This document shows positions 9,171 to 19,184 of a DNA stretch of 64,000 nt, one piece after another. The position numbers and the translations under genes were made by a program. Each line of letters begins with the position of its first letter. The stretch's first letter is position 1. The stretch lies in contig JAJTYI010000006.1 of the NCBI GenBank assembly GCA_021463645.1, positions 53,692 through 117,691 on the forward strand. Direction: 5' to 3'. The notes beneath the pieces are model-generated. The model worked only from the letters and a program-made list of their open reading frames with translations, was not told the origin of the DNA and did not search any database. Source of the stretch: a bacterium (lineage in GTDB: Bacteria; Patescibacteriota; Dojkabacteria; B142; OLB20).

Positions 9171-10967
9171 ATGAGATCAATCTTAAAGGAGTTACTACAT
9201 AGATTTGCTGACTATAATGCAGAACCATCAACCCTGTTAAATGTTTGGGGATATTTTCTATTGCTTGTTTTATTCTTTCCAATATTTAGCAGCATTATCC
9301 CATCCTTTAATTTGGATGTTAGTAACTATGCTATCTTTTCGATTATTATTCTATTAACATTCTCCTTGATCATAAGCTATTCTTTACTAATTTTTAGTCA
9401 AGAGAAAACAACTTTCAGAAGTAGCTATATTAAATCAGCAACTATTATAATAGTAGTATTAATGGCTCTTGGATTTTCTTCGTTTAACTTACTCTTCGAT
9501 CTTAAAGCCCCAATACTTCACGACCCCTTGGATCATGCAATGATGGCTAAAAGCATTGTGGTAAACAATGAGATAAGTTTTTTCTACAGCCCATTATTGC
9601 ATTCTCTGTCAGCAGTATTTAGTTTGGATAATGTTGAATGGATACCTTGGTTGATTACCTTTTTCACTCAATTGGCTGTATTTCTTATTCCCATTAACTA
9701 TTCCTTTTTATATTTACACTTTACAAAAAGACGCAAGTATACTTTATTATTCTTCCTGTTAATCTCGTCATTGCATTTTCCTGCTAGTTTCTATTATTTG
9801 GCTGGAAAAAATTCTCTCATCCTTGGATTAAGCATTATTCCTTTCGTTGTGTTCTCATTAGACAACTTAAAGAAAAACTACTCATTCAAGAATCTCATAG
9901 TCTCTGCTCTAGCATTATTCCTACTGTTTATGGCCCATTATCCCACTTTTGGGATTTTTTGTTTTTTGATTATACCTTGGGTATTTACTAGCGTTTTTGG
10001 CCAAATTAAAAAGAAGAAGTTCAAAATATTAATTGCATCTCTTTTACCCTTCGTAATAAGTACAATATTTTCAATGCTTTGGTTTATCCCCCTCTACTCA
10101 CAACAAGTTGAACTTATTAACGATTCTGTAATGCCTTCCAACGCGTCAGGATTAAATCTAACAAAACAATATATATTGGAGAATCTTGAATTTGCCATAA
10201 ATAACTACTTCATGAGATTCTTTCAAGTTTGGCATGTCATGTTTTTGATACCCATATTTTTGAAGAAAATTAACTTAAGCTTAAAACTTTCATATATATG
10301 GATTTATACTTCTCTTTCTTTTTTATATTTCCTTGTTAACACACTTAATCAGAACACACTTCTAGGAATGGTCCCGAACACCTTGGAATTAATCTTCTCT
10401 CCACTTCTAATATTTGGGGTGATGTTGACTGTTAATTTAATTATTCAAAATTTTAATTCCAAGATAAACTACATTTCATTCTTATTTATAATACTCGGTA
10501 TTTTATCAATAAATTCACATCGTGTACTTAATGAGAAAATAATTTCGGAACATAATCGACTCAATCTAGTAGATCAGAATGATGTTCTAGCTTATAAATT
10601 TATAAACGAGAACCTTCCTGACGATGCCATAATACTGAATGCAGGACAAGAAGCCACTGCCAAAAGCGGAGCAATATATCCAGTAGACGGAGGACTATGG
10701 ATCCCCTTGTATACCGATAAGGAGTTATTCATTGACTTCCAACAGTTTTCTAGTGTTCAAACTAATTATAACAATGAATTATTTCAAAAAATTGTTGTCG
10801 ATAATGATGATAGTGAAGAAATTGAAGAAATCAAATCAATGGGGATAGAATACGGATATATAGATCAGGGTATTTTTGGAGATAGTCTTTCTGAAGGAAT
10901 TCTTAATAATGTAGATTATACGGTTCTATTTGAATCAGGCACAGTAAAAATAATTCAATTTGATTAA
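9171..10967 (+). CDS. Large polytopic membrane protein, possible GT-C-like transferase or polymerase
   Basis: 598 aa with more than 12 hydrophobic helices and an acidic loop motif HDPLDH. The C-terminal soluble part is about 130 aa. It lies inside the glycan locus. No diagnostic motif was recognised. Confidence 0.35.
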   Translation: MRSILKELLHRFADYNAEPSTLLNVWGYFLLLVLFFPIFSSIIPSFNLDVSNYAIFSIIILLTFSLIISYSLLIFSQEKTTFRSSYIKSATIIIVVLMALGFSSFNLLFDLKAPILHDPLDHAMMAKSIVVNNEISFFYSPLLHSLSAVFSLDNVEWIPWLITFFTQLAVFLIPINYSFLYLHFTKRRKYTLLFFLLISSLHFPASFYYLAGKNSLILGLSIIPFVVFSLDNLKKNYSFKNLIVSALALFLLFMAHYPTFGIFCFLIIPWVFTSVFGQIKKKKFKILIASLLPFVISTIFSMLWFIPLYSQQVELINDSVMPSNASGLNLTKQYILENLEFAINNYFMRFFQVWHVMFLIPIFLKKINLSLKLSYIWIYTSLSFLYFLVNTLNQNTLLGMVPNTLELIFSPLLIFGVMLTVNLIIQNFNSKINYISFLFIILGILSINSHRVLNEKIISEHNRLNLVDQNDVLAYKFINENLPDDAIILNAGQEATAKSGAIYPVDGGLWIPLYTDKELFIDFQQFSSVQTNYNNELFQKIVVDNDDSEEIEEIKSMGIEYGYIDQGIFGDSLSEGILNNVDYTVLFESGTVKIIQFD

Positions 10968-11026
10968 TTATTCATTACTACGTAATTTGAGGACGAATAG
11001 TCTTCTCTATTATTCTCGCTTCTAAT

Positions 11027-13087
11027 TCATAGTTTAGGAAGTGTAGGTTGCTCACCGAAAGTTAGTCTGCCATCGTTATGAATAAGACTTAAGTTTGGAT
11101 TATAATAAGGATCACCCTCCTGTATATACTTTTTCCACTTTTTATAGAAGTAATTAATTTCTTTTGTAAATCTATACTCTTGTGTTGGATCAAGATGTTC
11201 GTATCCTCTACTTATTGACTCGTAATGATAGAGTTTGGAGAAAGGTGTATATATATTTTTATAGCCAGCTTTCAAAAGTTTGAGACATAAATCAACATCA
11301 TTGAAAGCAACGGCCAATTTTTCATCCAAACCTCCTACCTTTTCATACAAATCTTTTTTAACCATAAGACAGGCTCCCGTAACTGCTGAAACATTATGAG
11401 TAACTCTTGGGAAATCAAGATGGGCAGGAACGGTAATTTCTTGCTCTCGATAAATATGCGATGCAATGCCACCAATACCGATAACTACACCAGCATGCTG
11501 AATGGTATCATTTCTAAATAATAGTAAACTTCCGACAGCTCCAATATTGTCGAGTTGAGAGAATCTTAATAGGTTCGTTAACCATTCATTGTTAATCACT
11601 CGAACATCATTATTCAGTAGTAAGATGTGTTTACCACTCGCCTCTTTAACTGCAAAATTATTAATTGCTGCGTAATTGTATGGTTTTTTGTATTCAAGTA
11701 TCTTGTGTTTTTTCGCAATATTTTTTAAATATTCTTTAGTACTAGCTTCCTCACTATTATTATCAACAATAATAATTTCATAGTTTTTATAACTTGTATA
11801 CGCTTCTATACTATCGATAGCAGTTTTAATGTAATCTAGTTTATCTTTGGTTGGGATAATTATTGATATTTTCGGATTTCCTATTATCTTATAAGAGATG
11901 TTTGATGATGGTGCAGTTAGCCCAGGTTCCACTGTTGCCTTCAAACCTCTTCGCTTAATAGCATCTTTTACTGCCTTCTTCGAACTATCACTTGCATAGT
12001 CTTTGGTCTCATAGGTCAAAGCTGTACTCCCAGGAATTTGTCTCCAATGATAAAGAATCATAGGGATTCTCTCGATATTGTCCGTAAGTTCAGTTGCTCT
12101 TAGAGCTAGATCATAGTCCTGACTTCCCTCATATCCCAACCTCATACCTCCGAGTTTCCTAATTAAAGATGTGCGATATGTTGAGTGAGCCAAATACATC
12201 GTTGATAGTAATGTATCTGGAGACCATGCAGGTTTAAAGTGGGGATGAACCCTAAACCCATTTTGATTCAATTTGTCTTCATCGTAATATACGATGTCTG
12301 TTTTAGGCTTTTGGGATAATAAATCACTAATAGCCAGTAAGGTGTATTTCGACAGTTGATCATCATGGTCAAGAAAGAGAACATATTTTCCCGTAGCCAA
12401 CTCAAGTGCCTGATTCGTTGCGTAAGATATATGACCGTTCTTTTGTCCGAACTTCACTTTTATTCGCTCGTCCCCCATTCCTTTTAATGAATTCAAATAT
12501 TCTATCGTTTCACTATTAGAACTTGCATCATCGTAAATGCATAATTCCCAACCACCATAAAGTTGTCGTTTTACAGACTGTATAGTATCTTCAAGTACGT
12601 TAGGACTTGTGTTATACGTTGGAATAATAACGCTAAATAGGATGTCAGCAGGAACACTATCTATTCTATTAGTTAAATCTTTGAATACATTTATTTCGAA
12701 TTTTTTTTGCCATCTTAGATATTCAATTTCTTCTAATCCTATATATTGCTTACCTACAATTTTGGAGGCAATATGATTTATAAAAACAGCTAACCCTGCA
12801 TACTTATATATTCTCAATAAACTAATGACTTTAGATTTAGTTTTTTCATAAGGCAAGATTTTATTAATCAAAATCGTAATTGTTGATGGAGTATTCGATT
12901 GAATAACCCGAGTCAGAGACCTATTCTCTTTTTGTAAAGTATCTATCTTTTTCTGCATAAATTTTATCTGATTATGTTTCTCGTTAAGGGCTTTTATCAA
13001 ATCAGACTTTTCCATATGAGAACCTAGTCCTTCTAATACCGACCCTCCCTTATTATGTGAGCTGTGTTTTGATTTAACTGCTTTCAT
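11027..13087 (-). CDS. Dual-domain GT2 glycosyltransferase with an N-terminal coiled-coil segment
   Basis: There are two GT2 cores. The first is FSVIIPTYNTSPNVL...CIYDDASSN...LDHDD. The second is ISIIIPTKDKLDYI...IIIVDNNSEE...LLNNDV. The N-terminal heptad-like stretch is DLIKALNEKHNQIKFMQKKIDTLQKENRSL. Confidence 0.75.
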   Translation of the reverse strand: MKAVKSKHSSHNKGGSVLEGLGSHMEKSDLIKALNEKHNQIKFMQKKIDTLQKENRSLTRVIQSNTPSTITILINKILPYEKTKSKVISLLRIYKYAGLAVFINHIASKIVGKQYIGLEEIEYLRWQKKFEINVFKDLTNRIDSVPADILFSVIIPTYNTSPNVLEDTIQSVKRQLYGGWELCIYDDASSNSETIEYLNSLKGMGDERIKVKFGQKNGHISYATNQALELATGKYVLFLDHDDQLSKYTLLAISDLLSQKPKTDIVYYDEDKLNQNGFRVHPHFKPAWSPDTLLSTMYLAHSTYRTSLIRKLGGMRLGYEGSQDYDLALRATELTDNIERIPMILYHWRQIPGSTALTYETKDYASDSSKKAVKDAIKRRGLKATVEPGLTAPSSNISYKIIGNPKISIIIPTKDKLDYIKTAIDSIEAYTSYKNYEIIIVDNNSEEASTKEYLKNIAKKHKILEYKKPYNYAAINNFAVKEASGKHILLLNNDVRVINNEWLTNLLRFSQLDNIGAVGSLLLFRNDTIQHAGVVIGIGGIASHIYREQEITVPAHLDFPRVTHNVSAVTGACLMVKKDLYEKVGGLDEKLAVAFNDVDLCLKLLKAGYKNIYTPFSKLYHYESISRGYEHLDPTQEYRFTKEINYFYKKWKKYIQEGDPYYNPNLSLIHNDGRLTFGEQPTLPKL

Positions 13088-13211
13088 GAAAAATCAAATT
13101 AATTATAATCAAAATGTTAAAAAGCATTCTAACACAAGTGATTGATATTCAGAATCTCAGTAGATTTATCAATAAAGTATTAAAACTATTCTCCCTGCTC
13201 TAGTAGATGCT

Positions 13212-14162
13212 CTAGACAAGCCTTCCTCTTTTTTTTACTTCCTTAATAGGTGTTCTCAGCATTCTATATAAAAAAGAATTAGCTTTATATAGATTCTTAG
13301 AAGAATCAAGTCTTGCCGATTCCATTTTTGAGAAAGTTTTTCCTACTCGTCTATCATCTTGATTATTGCCCCATTCGTAAAATAAATGTTCAGGGGTAGG
13401 ATCACTCATATCAAATATGTTGTTTGTAAGTTTTTTTAACTGAGACTTTCGAGGTAGATGAAATTTTTTTTCATCAAAATTTGCCCTAAAACCATGCCAT
13501 CCGTATTCTTGAACTTCTTTTTGTGAGTACTTCGACTTTTTTGTATATTTATCAATTGCGTGTTGCTTACTCAAAAAAATATAATGTTTCAAAATAAATG
13601 GATTTGGATATATCTTCATATTCTCAAAAAATACCCTATGTCCACCAGATGTCTCAAATGAGATTAAGTTTTCAGTTTTCTTCCATAATTTAATCTGTGA
13701 AAATGGTTCAGATGAATGAAAATAATAATATTTCATTTCATCTTCGTAATTTTTACCGATATAACTCTTTCCATCTTCAGGCATGAAGTTAAACAAATGA
13801 AAATTTACAGCGTTATAACCTAGTGATTCAACTTTTACAAGTGCATCTTTTATGGTTTTGAAAGGCCTGTGTGGCAGCCTAATCTCGTCAGCATCACAAT
13901 GCATAAACCAATCTGAATCATAGGAATTTGCTATGTTCTCTTCAAACTTTAGAATTTCCTCAAGTTTGAAAACACCTCCAGTATCAATGTAATCTATTTT
14001 CACTATTCCTTTATTGAGATACTTTTTTGCTACTTCTAAGCTATCGTCTACAGACCCATTATCAATCAAGTAAATCTCAAATCCTTGCTTAATGAGGTTT
14101 TCTATACAGTACTTGAGATAATACTCTTCATTTTTTATTGTTAATAACGCTGTGAGTTTCAT
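13212..14162 (-). CDS. GT2 family glycosyltransferase
   Basis: MKLTALLTIKNEEYYLKYCIENL, IYLIDNGSVDDS and HCDADE motifs. Confidence 0.65.
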   Translation of the reverse strand: MKLTALLTIKNEEYYLKYCIENLIKQGFEIYLIDNGSVDDSLEVAKKYLNKGIVKIDYIDTGGVFKLEEILKFEENIANSYDSDWFMHCDADEIRLPHRPFKTIKDALVKVESLGYNAVNFHLFNFMPEDGKSYIGKNYEDEMKYYYFHSSEPFSQIKLWKKTENLISFETSGGHRVFFENMKIYPNPFILKHYIFLSKQHAIDKYTKKSKYSQKEVQEYGWHGFRANFDEKKFHLPRKSQLKKLTNNIFDMSDPTPEHLFYEWGNNQDDRRVGKTFSKMESARLDSSKNLYKANSFLYRMLRTPIKEVKKRGRLV

Positions 14163-14233
14163 GCTTTAAATACTGCTAAAAATACGACGTAATGTTCATA
14201 AAATGAATTATATCATTTGATTATATTGATGAA

Positions 14234-16969
14234 TTACATACCGGGAACTACATAGAACGAGTTGTCCAAAGAATTTACTTGAATCGTGTAAAACGCATTG
14301 GTAGAGTCTACTACGACAGGTCCTAAGTTACTAGGTTGTAAATCGTAATAAATTTGGCTTATTCTATTTCCCGGAGCTATTTGATACGGACCTTTGACCT
14401 CGCTTCCCACAGTTAAATCCACACTTATTGTTTGCGAAGTAGACGGGTTGCCTACCACAATCCATGATCGCCTACTAGAATTTACAATATATTCAGGATA
14501 ATAATATGACGTTGTAAAGTTTGCAGGTATTAATCCTACCATTTGATAATAGTTTCCATTTACTGAACTGACCTGTGAAGTATACACATTGTTATCTGAC
14601 GTTACTGACACAGGTCCCTTGTTTGATACATCTAAATCATAATATATTTTACTTATCCTCTCTCCAGGCAAAATTTCATATGGTCCCTTAGATACTCCAC
14701 CAATTTCAATATTAACATTTGCTGTCAATGTTGCCGATGGATTCCCCACAATAATCCATGATTGCCTACTAGGGTTAACTATGTACTCAGGATAAAAGTA
14801 ATTATTTGTTAATTCGCTAACTTTTATTCCCTGTATCTGGTTAAAACTTCCGTTTACGGAATTAATCTGAGAAGCAAAGATATTTATATTTGCACTAATT
14901 TTCACTGGGCCTAGATTCCCAAGTGTTAGGTCAGAAAAACTAAGGCTATTTCTAGCTCCTGGGATAAGAGTATATGGTCCTTTACTTTCGTCTCCAATTA
15001 CAATATTAACAATAGCATTTTGCACACTTGTAGCTGGATTACCGAATACCAACCAGGAACCCCTGAAGCTATTGACAATATATTCTGGGAAGTAGTATTC
15101 ATTTGATAAGTCAGTCAAATCCATACCGTGAACTTGATAATAAGAAGAACCCACCTTACTTACTTGAGTTGAGAATGCAGGACCACTGGCAATTACTTCT
15201 ACTGGACCTAAATTACCAGGTGACAAATTACTATAACTTATACTTTTACGTTCACCAGGTTTCAGCTGATATGGTCCAAATATTTCATCCTTTATTTTAT
15301 TCATATAGAAAAGATCGTCTGTATCTGAAGGGTTGGCAGTAATAAGCCAAGAGCCCCTTGAAGTGGAATTTACAATATACTCAGAAAAGAATGAATTCGT
15401 CAGTAAAGTTGACGAGTATAGAAAAGCTTTATGAAAATCTATAACACCTACACCTGTCTGGTCATCTCTACCTATAACATTTATATCATTTGTGGCAGTT
15501 CCGAGGGCGATTCTTAATTCATCGCTACTCATCCCGAAGTTATTCCCCAATATAATAGCTGCCGCTGCTGCAACTTGTGGAGAAGCAAACGAGGTTCCTA
15601 TTGCATACTGATTAGAAAATTGTTTGTATCGAGATACGTTTGTACTGTTATAACAGTCTGTCCTAGCTGTAAAACAAGTATAGGATTGTTGATAGGTTGC
15701 ATCACCAGCTCCTCCCCAATCTCCAACATAAGCGACCAAATCGAGTTCGGGCCCATAAGCTGAATAGGATGTTTTAGAACCATCGGTTTTCACAGCTCCG
15801 ACCGCAACGACATTCGGATATTTTGCGGGATAATATACAGATCCACCTTTGTTTCCCGAAGAGGCAATTACTAATACTCCTGCATTATGAGCATTATTTA
15901 TCGCTTGCTCGAGTAGTGCATCATAACTTGACCCTGCAAGACTCATGTTTATAATATCTGCACCATTATCAACTGCATAATTAATTGATTCTACTAACCT
16001 AGAACTTCCAAATGAAGGTGTCTTTGAATAATTTGCTTTGATGGTCATTATTTGAACATTTGCTGCGGGGGATACACTTCCGGTCCCATTTCCTGTAAGT
16101 GAAGCAATTAATCCGGTCACAAATGTTCCATGCCCACCATCATCATCTGGATGTCCTGTCTCACCGGATTCTTGTGTAGAACATCCCCAGGTGTTGCAGT
16201 AAAAATAATTCTCCATATTCACTCCATGGTAGTCATCAATAAATCCATTTCCGTCATCATCAATATCGTTATTTGGTGTTTCTCCTGAATTTGTCCATAG
16301 ATTAATACTGTCTCCTACAAACATATCTGGAGCAGGATCAAAGTCAAAAGGAGTTGATGCTACATCTTCCCAGACAGAAGTATAATCCTGAAAGGCTAGT
16401 CCAGTATCAATAACTGCAACTACTACGTCGCTTGAACCTCCGCAACCAACTCCACTATTAAAACAATCCTGTTCATACCAAAGTGATCGCAAGTTCGACT
16501 TTTCATAGTACCAATGATTACCAGTTGCTGGTAATGGTGTTAGATCGAAATCATCAGGAGTATCGAGTAAGCTATCCCTACTCCACACTTCGTTCGTATA
16601 CAAGTAGTCTGGTTGAACGTGTTTGATACTTTTATCATTAAGCAATTCAACAAGTTTCGATTCTAATTTCTCTAATCTTTTCTGATTCTTTGAGAAATCA
16701 TTATTTTTCTCCCGTAACAACTTCGATGAGACATAACCCTCTTCCTCTTGAATATCTTCGAGAACTATAATCTCAGGTTTGTCACTGTTCTCCCTTACAA
16801 CCACTAATCTAGTAAGATCAAATTCATACTCATCCTTTAATAGCTGTTGGACTTTCTCGTTATTTGCTTTTGCATTGACTGCGTCCAAACCAAAGTTATA
16901 GAAAGTAGAAGCAATTAATAGAGTTACAATTAATAAAAATGTTTTGGGAAAGACTTTTGTATAGTTCAA
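14234..16969 (-). CDS. Secreted subtilisin-like serine protease (S8) with a C-terminal four-repeat domain
   Basis: Triad motifs are VVVAVIDTGL (Asp), GGHGTFVTGLIAS (His) and AIGTSFASPQVAAAAAII (Ser). It has an N-terminal signal anchor ending VNAKA and a propeptide-like region ending VQPDYLY. Confidence 0.85.
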   Translation of the reverse strand: MNYTKVFPKTFLLIVTLLIASTFYNFGLDAVNAKANNEKVQQLLKDEYEFDLTRLVVVRENSDKPEIIVLEDIQEEEGYVSSKLLREKNNDFSKNQKRLEKLESKLVELLNDKSIKHVQPDYLYTNEVWSRDSLLDTPDDFDLTPLPATGNHWYYEKSNLRSLWYEQDCFNSGVGCGGSSDVVVAVIDTGLAFQDYTSVWEDVASTPFDFDPAPDMFVGDSINLWTNSGETPNNDIDDDGNGFIDDYHGVNMENYFYCNTWGCSTQESGETGHPDDDGGHGTFVTGLIASLTGNGTGSVSPAANVQIMTIKANYSKTPSFGSSRLVESINYAVDNGADIINMSLAGSSYDALLEQAINNAHNAGVLVIASSGNKGGSVYYPAKYPNVVAVGAVKTDGSKTSYSAYGPELDLVAYVGDWGGAGDATYQQSYTCFTARTDCYNSTNVSRYKQFSNQYAIGTSFASPQVAAAAAIILGNNFGMSSDELRIALGTATNDINVIGRDDQTGVGVIDFHKAFLYSSTLLTNSFFSEYIVNSTSRGSWLITANPSDTDDLFYMNKIKDEIFGPYQLKPGERKSISYSNLSPGNLGPVEVIASGPAFSTQVSKVGSSYYQVHGMDLTDLSNEYYFPEYIVNSFRGSWLVFGNPATSVQNAIVNIVIGDESKGPYTLIPGARNSLSFSDLTLGNLGPVKISANINIFASQINSVNGSFNQIQGIKVSELTNNYFYPEYIVNPSRQSWIIVGNPSATLTANVNIEIGGVSKGPYEILPGERISKIYYDLDVSNKGPVSVTSDNNVYTSQVSSVNGNYYQMVGLIPANFTTSYYYPEYIVNSSRRSWIVVGNPSTSQTISVDLTVGSEVKGPYQIAPGNRISQIYYDLQPSNLGPVVVDSTNAFYTIQVNSLDNSFYVVPGM
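14237..15400 (-). repeat. Four tandem ~95-aa protein repeats in the S8 protease C-terminus
   Basis: Each unit starts Y(F/Y)(F/Y)(S/P)EYIVN..R.SW(L/I)..(G/A)NP and contains KGPY...PG.R.S..(Y/F).(D/N)L...N.GPV and ...SQ(V/I).S(V)(N/G).S(F/Y)(Y/N)Q. The units are diverged at DNA level. Confidence 0.7.
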
Positions 16970-17081
16970 AGCTTTGTCTTAAATTCTAAAGTAAGTGTAT
17001 AATCGAACATTATTAGTATATCTTTCAAAAATCATACTAGCAAATATTCTGAATAAATAGCTCTGATTTACCCTACTAAAA

Positions 17082-17090
17082 TGTTAAAAT
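17082..17090 (+). promoter_or_regulatory. Candidate extended -10 promoter element (TGTTAAAAT)
   Basis: A TGn-TAAAAT element lies 23 nt upstream of the 17113 start codon in a divergent intergenic region. AT-rich background makes chance matches likely. Confidence 0.3.
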
Positions 17091-17112
17091 TCAACCATAT
17101 AGTAAATAGTTT

Positions 17113-18027
17113 ATGGCAAAGATAATACAAATTAATCCTGACAATATTGACTCTTATCTTGATTCCTCAGAAAAATATCTCGCAAAATTTTTCGATAAAC
17201 CTGAAGCTGAAAACGACGAAAAAATTCAGAAAGAGCTAAAAAAACGACATCTATCATGGCCTATTAAATATCACCTCTCTCCTCAGAGACATATGCTATT
17301 AAATTGGTACCCTTTCAGAACCGATTCCTCACTACTCGAAATAGGAGCTGGTTGTGGGGCTATTACCGGTGTTTTTGTTAACAAACTTAAGCAAATCGAC
17401 AGCAATGAATTATCTCCTTCAAGGGCTCAGGTCATATATAACAGATTTAGGAACGTCCCCAACTTAAACATTTTGACAGGGGATATTAATGACCTTAAGA
17501 CAAAAATACAATACGATTATGTGACTCTAATTGGCGTTCTTGAGTACTCCGGGAAGTATTCAAAGTCAAAAGAACCCTATCTTGATATTCTAAGGACTTC
17601 TAAGAAATTATTAAAGAAAGACGGTCATTTGTTAATTGCGATAGAAAACAAACTAGGTTTGAAATATATAGGTGGTGCACCTGAAGACCATACGGGAAAA
17701 CTTTTTGACTCATTAGAAAACTATCCTCAAAGTGAAGGCGTTAGAACATTCTCCAAATCTGAATTAACAAAACTAATTATAAGCGCTGGTTTTGAGAAAA
17801 CGGATTTCTATTACCCATTCCCAGATTACAAAATGCCTCAAATCGTTTTTTCAGAAGAGGGATTATTAAATATAAAAAACATGACAAACAGCTCTGTTCT
17901 CAGAACTGTAGACGATAGTCAAGATTTTATAAAACTATTTAACGAGACATCTCTTGGACAGACCCTCTCGGACGAGATGTTAATTGATAAATTTGCTAAT
18001 TCATTTTTAGTTGATGCGCATGTATAA
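17113..18027 (+). CDS. Class I SAM-dependent methyltransferase (WbdD N-terminal-domain-like)
   Basis: LLEIGAGCGAITGVF (motif I), YDYVTLIGVLEY and LLIAIENKLGLKYIGGAPEDHTG motifs. Confidence 0.7.
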   Translation: MAKIIQINPDNIDSYLDSSEKYLAKFFDKPEAENDEKIQKELKKRHLSWPIKYHLSPQRHMLLNWYPFRTDSSLLEIGAGCGAITGVFVNKLKQIDSNELSPSRAQVIYNRFRNVPNLNILTGDINDLKTKIQYDYVTLIGVLEYSGKYSKSKEPYLDILRTSKKLLKKDGHLLIAIENKLGLKYIGGAPEDHTGKLFDSLENYPQSEGVRTFSKSELTKLIISAGFEKTDFYYPFPDYKMPQIVFSEEGLLNIKNMTNSSVLRTVDDSQDFIKLFNETSLGQTLSDEMLIDKFANSFLVDAHV

Positions 18028-19150
18028 AACTCATTTTGCTCAGGCACAGTACAACAGAGAAAGAAAATATACAGTTCTCACCAAATTAATAAGCAACGAC
18101 TCTGAGAAATATATCACTAAAGAAGCGGTTTTCCCCGAAGGCACCAACCATATTGAGTCAATTTTTACAAACTACCAACTTCTTTCAAAATCATCCCACA
18201 AGTTTCTACTTCCAAAAACTGAAATAAAAAATCAGGTTTTATGGACGGAGTTTATTGACGGAACAAATATTGAATCAAAGATAGAAAGCCTTCTATTTAA
18301 GGGGGATATTGTAGAGGCAAATAAATTAGTTTCTGAAGTGATTGAATTCATACAGACTTTTCAGGTAGTTCAAGACAATCCTTATAACTACCCTGATTTT
18401 GTATCGCAATTTGATCCGAAGAAAGTTTATAAAGAAAAAGACAACATATCCTGTTTAAAGCCGGGTTTTTATGACATTAACTTTGACAACATAATAAGGA
18501 AAGATAATAAATATTACTTCGTAGATTTTGAATGGTGTTTTGAATATCCGCTGCCTAAAGAGTATCTGCTACTTAGAACCATTTTCTATCTCTCTTTAAA
18601 ACTTAAACGGAGAATTCACTCAATTACATCTCCAAAATTTAAATGTTATAACTTCTTTCATGATATTTATGTGCCAGTTGAGTGGTTAAAGAATACTCCT
18701 CACTCTGCCCAAATGTTTCAAAAAATGCTGGATTATGAATACAATCTACTCTCTAAGATATTTATTAGTTACCCCAAGCTAGAAAAAATAAAGAAAAGCT
18801 ATAAAAAATTTGTAAAAGACACACCTTATAACTCTCCTGTAGAATCAATACTTTCGTTGACAAATACTATCGAGAATGACAAAAAAGAAATCGCACAATT
18901 ACAATCCTCTATTGATTCCAATAATATTACAATAAACACTCTTCAAAGATCAGTAAAGTCGAAGGACGATGTTATAAAAAATCACTACAAGCATATTGAA
19001 GAATTGAGAGAAATTAATCGTAAATATCAAACTAGGAGTTACAAGACATTAGAAAAACTTGAAAAAACGAAAATTGCTCAATTCAGACCACTTCGTATTA
19101 TGGTTAGAAAAGCTCTATCACTAATAATTCGGTTAATTAGAGTTGCTTAA
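18011..19150 (+). CDS. Protein-kinase-like-fold (APH/choline-kinase/WbdD-kinase-like) protein with a C-terminal coiled coil
   Basis: KYITKEA is a beta3 Lys candidate and WTEFIDG is hinge-like. GFYDINFDNIIRKDNKYYFVDFEW resembles the HxDxxxxN...(I/V)D(F/W)E catalytic and metal-binding loops, with Y replacing H. The last ~90 aa are heptad-rich (IAQLQSSIDSNNITINTLQRSVKSKDDVIKNHYKHIEELREINRKY). The start overlaps the methyltransferase by 17 nt, and alternative ATG starts exist at 18014 and 18020. Confidence 0.45.
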   Translation: MMRMYKTHFAQAQYNRERKYTVLTKLISNDSEKYITKEAVFPEGTNHIESIFTNYQLLSKSSHKFLLPKTEIKNQVLWTEFIDGTNIESKIESLLFKGDIVEANKLVSEVIEFIQTFQVVQDNPYNYPDFVSQFDPKKVYKEKDNISCLKPGFYDINFDNIIRKDNKYYFVDFEWCFEYPLPKEYLLLRTIFYLSLKLKRRIHSITSPKFKCYNFFHDIYVPVEWLKNTPHSAQMFQKMLDYEYNLLSKIFISYPKLEKIKKSYKKFVKDTPYNSPVESILSLTNTIENDKKEIAQLQSSIDSNNITINTLQRSVKSKDDVIKNHYKHIEELREINRKYQTRSYKTLEKLEKTKIAQFRPLRIMVRKALSLIIRLIRVA

Positions 19151-19184
19151 TTCAGTAGGGTTTGAAAAGGAAACTGATAAAGAC

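Noticed and set aside
19151-19184. I looked for intrinsic terminators in convergent gaps (19151..19184, 10968..11026 and 63092..63142).
   Set aside because: Only weak 5-6 bp AT-rich stems without U-tracts were seen, so none could be supported.
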